Numbered from the stretch's first letter, positions 25,001-40,000 are shown. The stretch is 64,000 nucleotides of DNA from Bugula neritina (GCA_964035545.1 OZ037770.1:8438973-8502972), one strand, 5' to 3'. Notes: a model not told the origin generated them from the sequence alone. A program made the numbers and translations.

Positions 25001-28000
25001 TGTTATACTCACGCGGCTCACATTCAGCCCATCACAAGCATCTCTACATATTACTTCCAAGATGGCGTCACCAAATCCATATATTATATGCAAAGCTTCC
25101 TTGGCCAGCTTCTCTGTGGCTGATTGTTTACCTTCTAATACACCGAATACTCCACGACTAGCGACTAAAGTCAAAGAGAGAGCATTATTACTTATAAGTA
25201 ACAAGAATGGACCATGATAAGATAGGTTACGCAGTGGACAGTACCACACCTTGGGGGAGGGGGGGGGGCAGCACTACTCTACATGTGTGCTACAACAATG
25301 CATCTCGCAGCTTAAGCTTCTAAATAGTGAGAGCCTGAGAGATACTAGAGACTATAGAGAGACACTACAAGACTTACGGGGATTGGTATCCTTTGAACGT
25401 TCACTCTCGCACATCTGAAGGTAATAAAGAAGAGCTCCGTACAGATTAGCACGTGCTCGCTGTAAGGATCCACCTAAAGATGTACAAATAACTTTACCCA
25501 CTATTATGGTAACTCAATGCTATTGTTGTTATCGCTTATATTATGCTGCATATTTCTTCATTAGTTGTTTTGCTTTTACCAGTTCAGAGTTTAATGAAAA
25601 ATAATAATGAATATTCTAAAAAAATTGCTATTAACAAATGACTACTACTTATACTACTACATACACTGCTACTTTTGCTGCCATTACTACCAATAGCAGT
25701 ATGTAAATACTATTATCACTACTAGTGGCAATATATGAATATCATTACTAGTATATGACTAATAGTAACAGTATATGACTACTAGTATATGACTAATAGT
25801 AACAGCATATGACTACTAGTATATGACTAATAGTAACAGCATATGACTACTAGTAGCAGTATATGATAATCACTACTATAAAATGACTAATAGCATAAAA
25901 TATATGACTACTACTATCACTAATAGTGCATGACTACTAGTACAAAGTATATCACAGGTCACTTACTGCTGGTCACTATGAGATTGAGAATGCCTTTGAG
26001 TATAACCTGCAGACCGTTGTCAATATTTGTGTCCCTTAAACCATCCTTGAATATACTTTGCCTGAGGTTAGCCATGAGGGACAGAATCACACCACAGGCA
26101 GGGCTGATGAGGTCATCTAGGCAGCCATCTTGGAGGCACTGAGATTACATAATACACATTATCATGACATAGAATATACATTACCATGACATAGAATATA
26201 CATTACCATGACATAGAATATACACTACCATGATATAAATATACATTAACATGATATAGAATATACACTACCATGATATAGAATATACACTACCATGATA
26301 TAAAATATACATTATCATGATATAGAATATACATTATTATGATATAGAATATGCAATGCCATGATATAGCATATACATTATCATGATATAGATTATAGAA
26401 TATACATTACCATGATATATAGAATATACGTTACCATGATATATAGAATATAACACTACCACAAGACTGTCACTTACCTTTCTAATAAGAGCGTTCAGTA
26501 TGTTGACAATGATGTCAGGTCTCTTGTCTCCCAGACACTCAGCAGGACATCCAGAGAGGAGCACTTCAGTCACCTGTCTCCACGAGTCAAACGCCTGCAG
26601 TCTTACATTCACAGCCTCTCTCACAGTGTTCCACTCAACGGCATACGCCAGTATCTGCTTTATCTCCTGAGTATGAGAGAGAACAAATGTACTTTATTCA
26701 ATACCTGCTGGCACCTGCTAGTGTGAAGGCAAGTGTCAGGTGTCTAAACTGCAGGGTGTGACACTTAGCAGAGATGCAGTACATCATAGCTCACCTAGAG
26801 TCAGCCAAGCAGAACCTATCAGCATGATTAGCTATTATTTTGTATTTATATACAAAAGCAACCAAGTATGGCATACACAGAAATAGTAGAAAAACACTTC
26901 TATGCTACACTGGAGCAGCCTGGGGAAACACAGCGCAGATTCATTACATGGTACCCAGTCTGATGGAGTGATACACAGAGCAGGAAGTGATGTAATAAAC
27001 ACGCCCCACATAGCTTGAGTAACTTACAGCTAGCAGGACATCCCTGTGTGCGAGAGGTCCCATACTATTACCCTGCTGTGCCAAGTTGATTTCTTGTACC
27101 AGGAGCTGGTGAACCTGGGGTATGTTGATGGAGACGAGACCAGACTCTGGTGCCTGTTCCTCACACGATGACAGCACCTGTAACAAACACTAGCACCTGT
27201 AACACCTGAGAGCACCTGTAACACCCGACAGCACCAGTGACACCTGACAGCACCTGTGACACAAGGCAGTATCTGTGACAAAAGGCAGCACCTGTACCAC
27301 ACAGTAGCATGCTGTCAGTGTCTACCAAATAAAACATACTTGGGGAAACACCAGGACACCGGGACCATATGGAGATGAGCTCAACAAAATACAAATCAAA
27401 GTACTGCTGTCTGGACAATGTTTAGTCTGTAAGTTGCCCATAGCCAGAACATGAGTTGGTAAAATACTGGCCAGTAAAGCCGCGTCATAGGTGTTGGAAT
27501 TATCTACTCTCAGTACTGTATTACTAATGTATTAATGTGCCTACAAGATGGTTACTATTTGTGAGTGTGAGACATGCACACTGTATGCTATAGAGCGTCT
27601 AACAGTTTTCCAAGTGAAACACAGTGTATTGAATGCATGCGACAAAGACAAACAGATAGACAGAGCCTACCTGCATGACCGAGGTGGTGTTGAAGTGCTC
27701 CAGCATGATGTCACCTAACCCGATATCGTGAAACGAGACGAGGTCTAGAAATTGGAGTAATCTGCTCTTCATACTCGAGTGAAACAACTCTACAAACCAA
27801 TAGACATTAGTATTAGACTCCTCACTGGTATGAATAAACACTTGGCAGCACTGACACATCTTAGGATGCTGACACAAAATCCCAACATATTACTAGAATA
27901 TATGATGTGAGAAGGACATACCGAGAGAATGGTACTGCGAGGTGTGACTGAGTACCGTACGACTTAGGTCAGCACCGCCGCTGCCACCACCTGCAGAAGA

Positions 28001-31000
28001 AAGGAACATGACATTAGTTACTGTTAAAACATGATGATATACTTTATAAATAAAGTATTATGAATATCCCACCTTCAGTATATGTAGAGTATATAATAAC
28101 CCACCTTCAGTATATGTAGAGTATATAATAACCCACCTTCAGTGTATGTAGAGTATATAATATCTCACCTTCAGTGTATGTAGAGTATATAATATCTCAC
28201 CTTCAGTGTATGTAGAGTATATAATAACCCACCTTCAGTGTATGTAGAGTATATAATATCTCACCTTCAGTGTATGTAGAGTATATAATAACCCACCTTC
28301 AGTGTATGTAGAGTATATAATATCTCACCTTCAGTGTATGTAGAGTATATAATATCTCACCTTCAGTGTATGTAGAGTATATGATATCTCACCTTCAGTG
28401 TATGTAGAGTATACAATATCCCACCTTCAGTATATATAGAGTATATAATATCTCACCTTCAGTGTATGTAGAGTATATAATATCTCACCTTCAGTGCATG
28501 TAGAGTATATAATATCCCACCTTCAGTGTATGTAGAGTATATAATACACCCACCTTCAGTATATGTAGAGTATATAATAACCCACCTTCAGTGTATGTAG
28601 AGTATATAATATCTCACCTTCAGTGTATGTAGAGTATATAATATCTCACCTTCAGTGTATGTAGAGTATATGATATCTCACCTTCAGTGTATGTAGAGTA
28701 TACAATATCCCACCTTCAGTATATGTAGAGTATATAATAACCCACCTTTAGTGTATGTAAAGTATATAATATCTCACCTTCATTGTATGTAGAGTATATA
28801 ATATCCCACCTTCAGTGTATGTAGAGTATATAATATCCCACCTTCAGTGTATGTAGAGTATATAATATCCCACCTTCATTGTAGAGTATATATTAACCCA
28901 CCTTCAGTGTATGTAGAGTATATAATAAACCCACCTTCAGTGTATGTAGAGTATATAATAAACCCACCTTCAGTGTATGTAGAGTATATAATAAACCCAC
29001 CTTCAGTGTATGTAGAGTTGTAGTCAAGGAGACAGTTGATTAGTGACTGAGTGTGTGACCTCTGCTTGTTGATAGACGTTAGCCTCAGCTCTATTGCCAG
29101 TGTCTTCATGAACCAAGTCTGCTGCTTGATAATCACAGAGAGCTCCTCTTCAGTAGCTAAAGAGTACAGGAACACAGACTATAGAGTACAGCAGTAAACA
29201 CACAACAACTACCATGCTGCTGATGATATAGTCAGCTCTAGGACTGAAGCATGCAGACATATTACCATCAACTAGCAGATGTCTTACCATCAACTAGCAC
29301 ACGTATTACCAATAACTAGCAGACGTATTACCATCAACTAGCAGAAGTATTACCATCAACTAGCAGACAGATTACCATCAACTAGCAGACGTATTACCAT
29401 CAACTAGCAGATGTCTGTTAACTCTACATGTCAAATGTGTGAGCAAGTAGCTAATGTTAACACTTATTAGGGTAAATACCATAGAGCTAAACTCACTATA
29501 ATAGAAGACAATGCCTGCAGTAAATACACAGTAAATACAAAAACAGTATCCAATGTACACTCACCTTCATTGTGGGAGAATTTAAGTTTACTAAGTGTTT
29601 TAATGAAGAAGTCCTGTGTGTTGCGGAGGTAGCGCATGGTGGGAGATGAGGTGTCTGGGTTGGAGCAGAGCGTGTAGATGAGGTGATAGGCTAGTTCTAG
29701 CAGAGCTGGAGGGGTGTGGTCACACTCCAACAATGAGAGGACGGCATGGAGGCAGGTCCTGTACACACCTGTTTGACCTACATGTGAAAGGTTGACCTAA
29801 ATTGAACAGCTTGACCTACACCAGACTGTTGGACATACATAGAACAGTTTGACCTACATAGAATAGTTTGAGTTTTATAGGAGAGTTTGACCTAAATAGA
29901 ATAGTTTGACTTACATAAGACTGCTTGACCTACATAGAGCTGTAAATGAGATGAATAGTCAAAAACTAAGCAGACTTATGACTACTGAATCTAAACACAT
30001 TCCTCCCCAATGCAGCCCCTGACTACATAAATACGCCACAGAATGTATTTAGATCTCAAAGCTAATCTATGTGAAACAAGTTCTGAAAAGTTAAAATTTC
30101 TACAAAGTAGCGAACAGACCAGGCATCTGGAGGTCAGTCTGAAAGAGAGGCTTGTGCACGTTGAAGCCGAGAAGGAAGTGAGATATGTTGGTGGATGGTA
30201 GATTGACCGTGTCCAGCAAGAACTTGATACTCGCGCTGGCCATTTCACATCTAAAACACGCAGGGAACAGAAAGGTGTGAAATAGCACGCTAGGTTTTAA
30301 TGGTTATAGTACAGTGACTTCTACTCACCTGTCAAACACTGCATTTTCTTCACTTTCTTTATTTGTTAGTCACTTATTATATTACGGAAGTATTGTAGTT
30401 TTAGTTTAACCATTAACATGTATCATATTCAACCAACAAACTTGCCTCATATTATCTCAATTACATCTAAAGTAAAACACCACCAAGAAATCTGCCTATC
30501 AGCACAGAAGAGTCTCAGCACTCAATGCTTTGCACAAAGTTGTCTTGATCACACCACCTTTAAATCCCCCTCGTACTTCCTTCATTGAACCCACAAACTA
30601 CACATGAATCTACAAAACTAACCTGACAGAGTTAGCTTCCCCTGGCGACCACTCAGCTCCCTGCTCAATACCTTCCACGAGCCCAGACAGTATCTCTCTA
30701 CTCACTAGAGTGTCAGCCATGAAGAGACTGAGCAACTCTGTCTGTATGGCGGGCTGTCTGCACACCGTCCCCGTAATGCACACAGCATGCAGGGCGTGAT
30801 TGGGCAGCAGATTCACTAGTGACGCGTATCTACAAATTTGAGAAAATATTAGTGGTGACACTTGTATATGAACATATTTTACCTTGCTATGCCTATATAT
30901 ATCTCACCTTACTATAGATATATCCTACCTTGCTATAGCTATATTCCACCTTGCTATAGATATATCTCACCATGCTATAGCCAGATCTTATTTTGCTATA

Positions 31001-34000
31001 GATATATCCCACCTTGCTATGCATAAATCTCATTTTGCTATAGCCATACCTCACCTTGCTATAGATATATCTCACCTTGCTATAGCTATATCTCACCTTG
31101 CTATAGTGACCACGTGATCAGCTTGTCCAGTGTACGAGTTGATACCCAGCAATAACTTCTCCAACCGAGACACGATAGTCGGGTGATTTGCCTGTCTCAG
31201 GAAGTTGAAGAAGTCGTCCTGCTTGTCCAGAGTCACGTTCAGTATCTGCAGGGCAAGCAATGTTGCCTTCTCCAGGGGCTTTCGTACTGGAGACAGAGAG
31301 TATTGTTATCAGTACTACACAGTGTGTATTGTTATTAGTAATACACAGTGTGTATTGTTATTAGTAGTACATAGTGTGTATTGTTATCAGTACTACAGTG
31401 TGTATTGTTATCAGTACTACAGTGTGTATTGTTATCAGTACTACAGTGTGTATTGTTATCAGTACTACAGTGTGTATTGTTATCAGTACTACACAGAGGA
31501 GATGATTAAGAATTTAAAACCCAGTACACAGAGAAGAGAAACTTAACAAGTTATTTTCTCGAGTTCTTTCACTAACAAATTAGAATAATTGTGGAAAACA
31601 TTTTAAAAAGCTAACTTACAGCTCTTTACCATGTCTTATTTGCTAGAACTCATTTTAAAGTGTCAGCGTATACTCCATGACACTCTAACCATTGCTATCT
31701 AACCCCACCCACAGTTTTAATCAAATTAAAAACAAGAAACACAGTCTACCCACCTGGAGAGGTGAGGTCATACTGGAGAAGCAGCTGCAACCCTTCACTG
31801 GTGACAGAGAGGAGTGTTTTAAGTAGATGAGATGACTGGAGTAGCATAGTAAGCAAGGTGTGACCAGGTGCTTGGAAATCTGACACTATGGCTCCTGTAA
31901 CAGTATAATACTGTCTATACTGTACAGTGAGGCACATTATATATTAATATAAGAAAGTATACATTTCGCAAAGCGGTATGTTATATAGGAGCAAAACAAG
32001 GTGGAGGGAATCTTTGTACACTCGCAATACATACAAGATTCAATATCGTCAAAACATCAGAAGAATGAGCATATTACCTGTTGACAGCTCGACAAGGTGC
32101 TTGGAGAAATTCTCAGGTTCTACCGTATGTGATGACAGAAGTCTGTGAAGGACAGAGAAAGCACTTGCTGCCACTTGCCACTGTAACAGTTAGTTGACAA
32201 TAACACAGCAAGTCAATTTATTTATATGGTTTCATTTTGCACTATTGCACTACTCAGTAGACTGAATGTACAACTAACACGCTCATGTAAACTGTATAAA
32301 ACAGCATTTATACCCCTGTGAGAAACTGAAATATATTTACAAAAGATACAAAGATTTTACAAGTCTAGTTAAGAAAACTTCCAGCAACTCAACAAGAGTG
32401 GATAACTTCCCAAGAGAGGCTCACCTTCTCACTTGCTTCTTTATAGCCTCTAGTGCTAAACTTCAGAACCACGTCGTTGATGATGAAGTTGAGGTAAGGA
32501 TGAAAGCCGGGGGCCCTATACCCAGCCCCTAAAGTCTCCGGTGGCTGTCCGGAACTGAGGCAGAGATTGTCAATCAGAGATAGGAAGGATCGCAGCATAG
32601 GATATTTCTCCATTCTAGACTCGACATTTTCTAGCTCCGTGAGCAAACCACCAGCAGCCTTAGCAGCTGTTCCTTCAACTCCAGATGTAACCAGAAGCTG
32701 GGTGAAGAACAGCATTCAGTCAGTACAAAACATTAGTGCGAACAGAGAGAAACTAACACACTCATGAATACTTGCATTCGAGCACATTTGTATGAAGAGA
32801 TAGTAGAAGGATATATGAAGAGATAGTAGAGGGATATGTGAAGAGATAGTAGAAGGATATGTGAAGAGATAGTAGAGAGATATGTGAAGATATAGTAGAA
32901 GGATATGTGAAGAGATAGTAGAAGGATGTATGAAGAGATAGTAGAAGGATATGTGAAGAGATAGTAGAAGGATATGTGAAGAGAGAGTATAAGGATATGT
33001 GAAGAGATAGTAGAAGGATATGTGAAGATATAGTAGAGGGATATGTGAAGAGATAGTAGAAGGATGTATGAAGAGATAGTAGAAGGATATATGAAGAGAT
33101 AGTAGAGAAATATGTGAAGAGATAGTAGAAGGATATGTGAAGATATAGTAGGAGTAGATTGTGGAGGCGTGTGTCAACTCACCTGAGATAACTCCAGTGT
33201 TTGCCAGAGATTACTGGCAACTTCTGCACTCCTGGCCAAGGCCGCCAGAGCCCGAAGTATCTCAGATTTGAGAGAGATGGAGACGCCACAACCCAGTAGT
33301 CCGAATAATATGACAGGAGCCAACCACTGCTGGGAGTCTGCTATTGCGTATCTCACTTGAGGACTCTGTTAACATATTATAAAGGAATTACATCTGGTCT
33401 GAAGCAGCTGTTGCTTCATCCAACCCTAAACACATACAGGTGTGGTGACTACCAACTAGCACTACTCTCAGGTCTACAGTTACAGCTAGTTACTAGATGA
33501 CGTGTGGCATTACATCAACCACCTTTGAGGCATTAAGACGGCACATAGTGCACGTGCTCATCAATGCACAGGGTGCGGGTTCAAACCCCAGATGTTTTAC
33601 TTTTGACAAATTCCTTCAGCAAGTCATGTGCCATACCCTGCTGGATATGCCTGCACAGATAAATAAGTTGCAAGGAAGGTAATACAACGAATTTCACCAG
33701 CATGTCCCCTACTTTTTGCCTCTTTAGTGATGAACAGCTAAAATACACACACGCACACACACACACACATGCACTCACACACACCCACTCACACACATAC
33801 ACTCACACACCTATATAACCAACCTGAGTAGAAACTTGAGTTATAAGTTTGCAGACGGCTATAAGACCGGCTAGCTCGTGTTCTGTGATATCCCGTGCCA
33901 TGTGATTGCGGGAGGCTAGACGCACTCTCTCAGACTCATTACTTGCCACTTCGTGTCTGAGACTAGTGAAATACTGGTTGAGTGAAGAGAAGATATGATC

Positions 34001-37000
34001 CCAGGAGACTGTGCTGGAGTGTTCACCTAGCAGATACCAGACACAGTGTTGTAGACTAGTACAGATGCGCTTTTCAAATCCCAGTTGAAACATCAGTTTT
34101 TAAAGTCTACACTAAACTCCTTAGTTATCACCTCTTTGTATTGTAATCATCAGTTGTTAGGTATATGTTTTCATTTTCTTCCTAATTTGTGGTTTTTAAT
34201 CCGTTGCACATGTTTGTATAGAAACAATTTTGCTAAGTACACCAAAATCCCCAGTAATCAAATATAAGGTGCCATTTAAATATAAATTTAATTATCAATA
34301 GCAATATAGCAAGTAGCTGGTGCACAAGTTGTGTTAAATACCTCACGTGACTCAAAGAAGTGACTAACTGAAAATGCATTAAAATCTGAAGGCTTGTGCC
34401 ATGTAATATTAATTTATAGCAAAATGTTGATAAAGTCTATCAGTACATATACTAATATACAGAGTGGGCTCCATTATGACTAAAAGCCTCAGCTAAGCTG
34501 TCTACACTATGTCTGTCAGTCTGCGTGTCTGTCTGTGCAAACGTACCGTTAGTTTTGAGAAGGTTGAAGCAGTGAATAGCACCAGTTTCACTGGAACTCA
34601 GCCCTTCCAGCATTTTCAAGTAGGGTACAAAGAGAGGGGGTGGTATGAGCTCCCCAGCCAGCCTCAGGAACTTGTGCAGAGAAACCTAGACAGCGAATAG
34701 AGAAGACAACTACAGAATATAATACTCATACGGCATTGTAACGTGAATGAATCCTATTCAATAAAATATACTTTGAGATGGCGACGCAAACTCATAGTTT
34801 TGTATAAATAATTTTATATGAGCATTTAAAATAGTCCATGAGAGTTGTCTTCTGCTTTCAGAAAAATGTGCTACATCTAAACTATTAGCCTAGGGCCACA
34901 CTGTGCGTATTTTCGCATGCGAAAATTGAAACCACAAGTAGCAAAGGTGTCCACTGTAGCGTCAGTGATGCGTGATAAATAAAGCTTTCATTTTTAAATC
35001 GCACTCGCTTTCAATAAAACGGTATTTAATGGAATGTAGCACTAAAATAAAGAAATTGGGCTCGCTTAATAACTACCAGCCAATTAGGTGACAACGACAG
35101 AGACGATTCGCACTTGCGTTGAAAATGCTGAGCGACAAGTGCGAAGGTTTTCTCAACGCGCACAGTGGACACCTTTGCTACTTGTGATTTCAATTTTCGC
35201 ATGCGAAAATACGCACCGTGTGGCCCTAGGCTTAGTGTTAGAATATTCCATGATGCAGACAATGTGTTTTAATAATTATATAAAACAAAAACACTAATTC
35301 TTAACAAGTGAAAACGTCAAGTTTGAAAATCTTGAGTAGCCGCATAACATTTTTATAAAGCATTCCTATCATATATGTACCTATTGATCGTGAAATATGA
35401 TTAAAGTTTTGCCAGCGGTGTAATAATTATGTTGAAAATATTTTGCTCCAAAAATAAAATCAGTTTTAGATAACTTTCTTAGAATGAAAAATGAATATTG
35501 ATTATCACAAGATGATGATATGTTCATTATCAGAAGCCAAGGTATAATCTACACCCAGTTAAGTCAAACTTAAATGTATTATCAACAAATTTGATGGCAC
35601 TGTAAAAGAAAAGGATGAGGCAACAAATCGAACTATAATTAACATGGCAGTGAATAAGTACTTGACAATGTGAATGAGAATTTATAACTAAAACCATTCA
35701 TGACGAACAAAAAGAAGAATCGCTTGCTTTTAGTCAGGCCAATTGGTTGAGTACAATTCAAGACTTATATCTAACAAACTTTAGCCTGCAGCATAAGCAA
35801 TAATTATTAATATTTACATTGGACTTCTTAGAGATAGAACTACAATACAAACCTGTTTAGGAGAGGGTGGTCTTTCTACACACCAGAATTCCTCAGCTAG
35901 CTGATACTCGTTAGACTCTAAGGCATAGAAATCTCCAATCTAGAAGTAGAATATATGCAGTGAGTACATCACAGAAGTGTAGATACTGAATAGAATATAC
36001 ACAGTGAGTACAACCCAGAAGTGTAGATACTAAGTAGAATATATACAATGAGTACACCACAGAAGTGTAGATACTGAGTAGAATATATACAGTGAATACA
36101 TCACAGCAGTGTAGATACTGAATAGAATATATAAAGTGAGTACATCACAGAAGTGTAGATACTGAGTAGAATATATACAGTGAGTACATCACAGAAGTGT
36201 AGATACTGAGTAGAATATATACAGTGAGTACATCACAGAAGTGTAGATACTGAGTAGAATATATACAATGAGTACATCACAGAAGTGTAGATACTGAGTA
36301 GAATATATACAGTGAGTACATCACAGAAGTGTAGATACTGGGTAGAATATAGACAGTGAATACATCAAACATCATAAAATGCTCCAACAACATTAAATAA
36401 GTGCCAGCAGTATTTAAAGAAGAACAATAGGCCTATTATTTTGAGTTGCATGGTGAGAGATGTATATTACAATTTAATACAGCGATGTAGGCAGCGTTGA
36501 GGTACAAATGAGCCTTCATATAAAGTAATGTACGTTTTAACGTAAGTAAATTTACCAAACAGAGAAAATTCTGAAAATCCTTGCGTAGGGAGTTGGGAGG
36601 TTCACTGCCATCTTGTAGGTGAGTGAGAAGAATCCTGGCACTATCCTCGCCTATGTCTCGCAACTCTTTCGTCTGTCATATACAAATTATACTGCATATA
36701 TAGAGCATATAGTGAATAGTTCAAAGTCCTCATCTCTGTGAGAAAACGTTTTTTAAGCAGAAAGACTTTTTCACTATTGAGGCAAAAGAGCAATCAAGAC
36801 TGAACGCCTTCCCAGTATCACCAATGGCCTTTACTGGGGATCAAACCAGTGACCCCCCGAACTGCTAAGCCAAATCCCTAACCCCTAGGACCACGACTGC
36901 TCACTTATGCTGCATGTAATACGCAAGATAACATAATGCAATATAACAACACAATAGTGTATAATATACTACACTTCAACACTAATACTTTATACAGTAT

Positions 37001-40000
37001 CATACTGCATACAATACACAATATAATATACTACACTTCAACACTAATACTTTATACAGTATCATACTGGATACAATACACAATACATAGTATATTACAC
37101 TTTAGCAATATTGCTGCAACTATCAATGAGCAATCATGTATTTCTAAACACCATTAGAATATAAAATAGTGAGCTACAGAGAGTCCTAGTGAGATGTATA
37201 GATTAATCATAGCAGACATAACTGACCTTTAACGGCATATGGCAAATAAAATCTGTAATTAGACTGTGCAGCTTTCTTATATAAAACTCTTCCTACAAAA
37301 CAAAACTAAATAAAATAAACAGCACTAAATACAATACTAAATACAATAAGCCATATTGAATAAAATGAGCTCAAGCCATGAATTCAAGAGAGAAAAGACG
37401 TCTTTTCAGAATTCAGATGCTTGTTAATTATGCAGTGAGTTAACAATATTCTACATATTATGGTAAAGAACTTCCCAAACATTACATTCATCATGTTATG
37501 CCCAACATTTTACAACTTTATAACATCACATATAACTAAGCAGCATAGTGTGAGATGATAGAGTTAGCTGTTACATCATGAAACTGTCTAAAGCTGTCTA
37601 GCTAGCCAACATCTGACTGTCCACCCAGGATACAACTCGAGAGAATCAGACTACCAGCAGCTCAGAGAGCGGCAGCTCAGATAGCATCTCCACAACGTGC
37701 TGCTTCAAGTGCATGCCCACTGACTGTGTACAAATATCAACTGTCCTGTAGGTGTCTACATACCTCTACAGTAAATATCAACTGTCCTGCAGGTGTCTAC
37801 ATACCTCTACAGTGAATATCAACTGTCCTGTAAGAGTCTACATACCTCTACAGTGAATATCAACTGTCCTGTAGGAGTCTACATACCTCTACAGTAAATA
37901 TCAACTGTCCTGTAGGTGTCTACATACCTCTACAGTAAATATCAACTGTCCTGTAGGTGTCTACATACCTCTACAGTAAATGATGGAGACTTGACTACAC
38001 AGTCATAGATAAACTTGAAGACGTCCTGCTGCAACGCCAACTCTACCACCTCCTCGTCTTCTTCACAGACACCAGCCGCTGCTTCCGGCAGCGCTGAGCA
38101 CTGAGAGAGGATTCGGAGGGAGAGAGACCAGGCAAACTGGAGACAGGCAAGCAAACCAGATCTAAACTCAGCTGTAGGATCTGCGGCAGATGCGGACCGA
38201 CCTGCACCTTTGAAGGAGAGAGAACTCACTAGAATAAGTTGAGTAGTCATAGAAGACACAGTTAGATAAGATAGAATAGCGTAAGGCAATATATGGCAGC
38301 AGCATTGATGATAGTGCTCTGGGAAAACCAACATCAATCTAACAGACGCCATATCTGCATTAGAATCATTAGGTGAGTACTATATGAACAATACTGAGTG
38401 CACTGAGTGCATTGGGAAGTCTTACATAGTTGAGTCAGAGTGTTGCTATGTGATCTAATAGCCTGGTGAACTGAAGGTATGAAAGTCGAGTCGGACAGAA
38501 TCGGCAAGGCTGCGGTAGTATCTACAAAGTACAGAGCACAGTCTATTTATCTGAATGTCATAAAAACTAATGATGGTATACTATGAAGTTACAATCTTTA
38601 TTTTATAAAAAAAGCTAAATGTGAACAAACTATGAACCACAGCTGAAGATTTAGGAGCACTAGTGGAGACATTGAGATAGCCTAAGTTCTTTAATTTTCT
38701 TTATAAAGTTTAGCCACAATTACAGAGATGAGAAACAGTAAAAACAACACCCACCTTCGGCCTCCTCACCACCCTCTAGAAATGAAGTGGTGTCGATGGA
38801 GTAGAGGAAGGCCATAAGTATAGCTAGGGTGGTCCCATCTAGTTTACCGTCTTTCGGCTTCAGTTCCTTCAGCCAGTTGAATAAGGAGAGGGTGTCTAGC
38901 CGTGACATACCCTTCTGACATGACCAGTGGAACACAGTGTCGGCAAGACTCTGACGGGTCTCTTCTATCAGCGAGGTTACCTACAGTCACAGGTATGTTA
39001 TACTACGGCATATACATGTACTGCTACACTGTATGCTATGTTATAATACAACATATACATGTACTGCTACACTGTATGCAATGTTATACTACGGCATATA
39101 CATGTACTGCTACACTAGCTGCTATGTTATACTACGGCATATACATGTACTGCTACACTAACTGCTATGCTATAATACAGCATATACATGTACTGCTACA
39201 CTAGCTGCTATGTTATAATACGACATATACATGTACTGCTACACTAGCTGCAATGTTATAATACGACATATACATGTACTGCTACACTAGCTGTATTACA
39301 TAATATGTTTGAAGTATTCAATATCATGAGTATTTGCTTACTAAGCAATGCCCATACACTACTCTATAGTCTCATAGGTGTTTATTGAATACAATTCAGT
39401 ATCAACTAGGGTTGTCTGCCCCAGCATGATATGTGCTGTTGGAGTTTTCTCTCCCTTCACTCAGTCGAATCAACCAAGAACAAGCACTGCTTATCTGATA
39501 CACTTTACATACACACAGATTACACAACTTCAATAACCTTTTATGGAGCAGCTCTAAAACATTATTCATCACACATCTCAACTTCTACCTGCATGCATAT
39601 TATGGGAGATAACCTGAATAAAACATGAACCATGCTGTCAACATAAGGCGCCTTACCTGATGGCGGTGCTTGGCATCGCCCAGTGCTCTCTGTTCTGACA
39701 GCTTTTCTAGAAGTTTCCTGTTGTCCAGCTCGGACAAGTGACCTACAAAGGAGAAATATTAGAAGAGACATATGAGTTGCCATGGTAACACTTCACTACA
39801 TCCCATCTCGCTCCACCTTACTGCACAGCATTATAACAGACTACCTTAGAGGATTAGAACAGGATGACTTACCCAGAATCCTGTTCAGCAGTCCATCACT
39901 CATCTGCTGGTTAGTATACTCAGTGATGAACGCCTGCATGTCTCTCGATATGTTAGTAGAGTATCTTCTGCCTGCACTGGCCTGCACTAGCATCCTCAGT

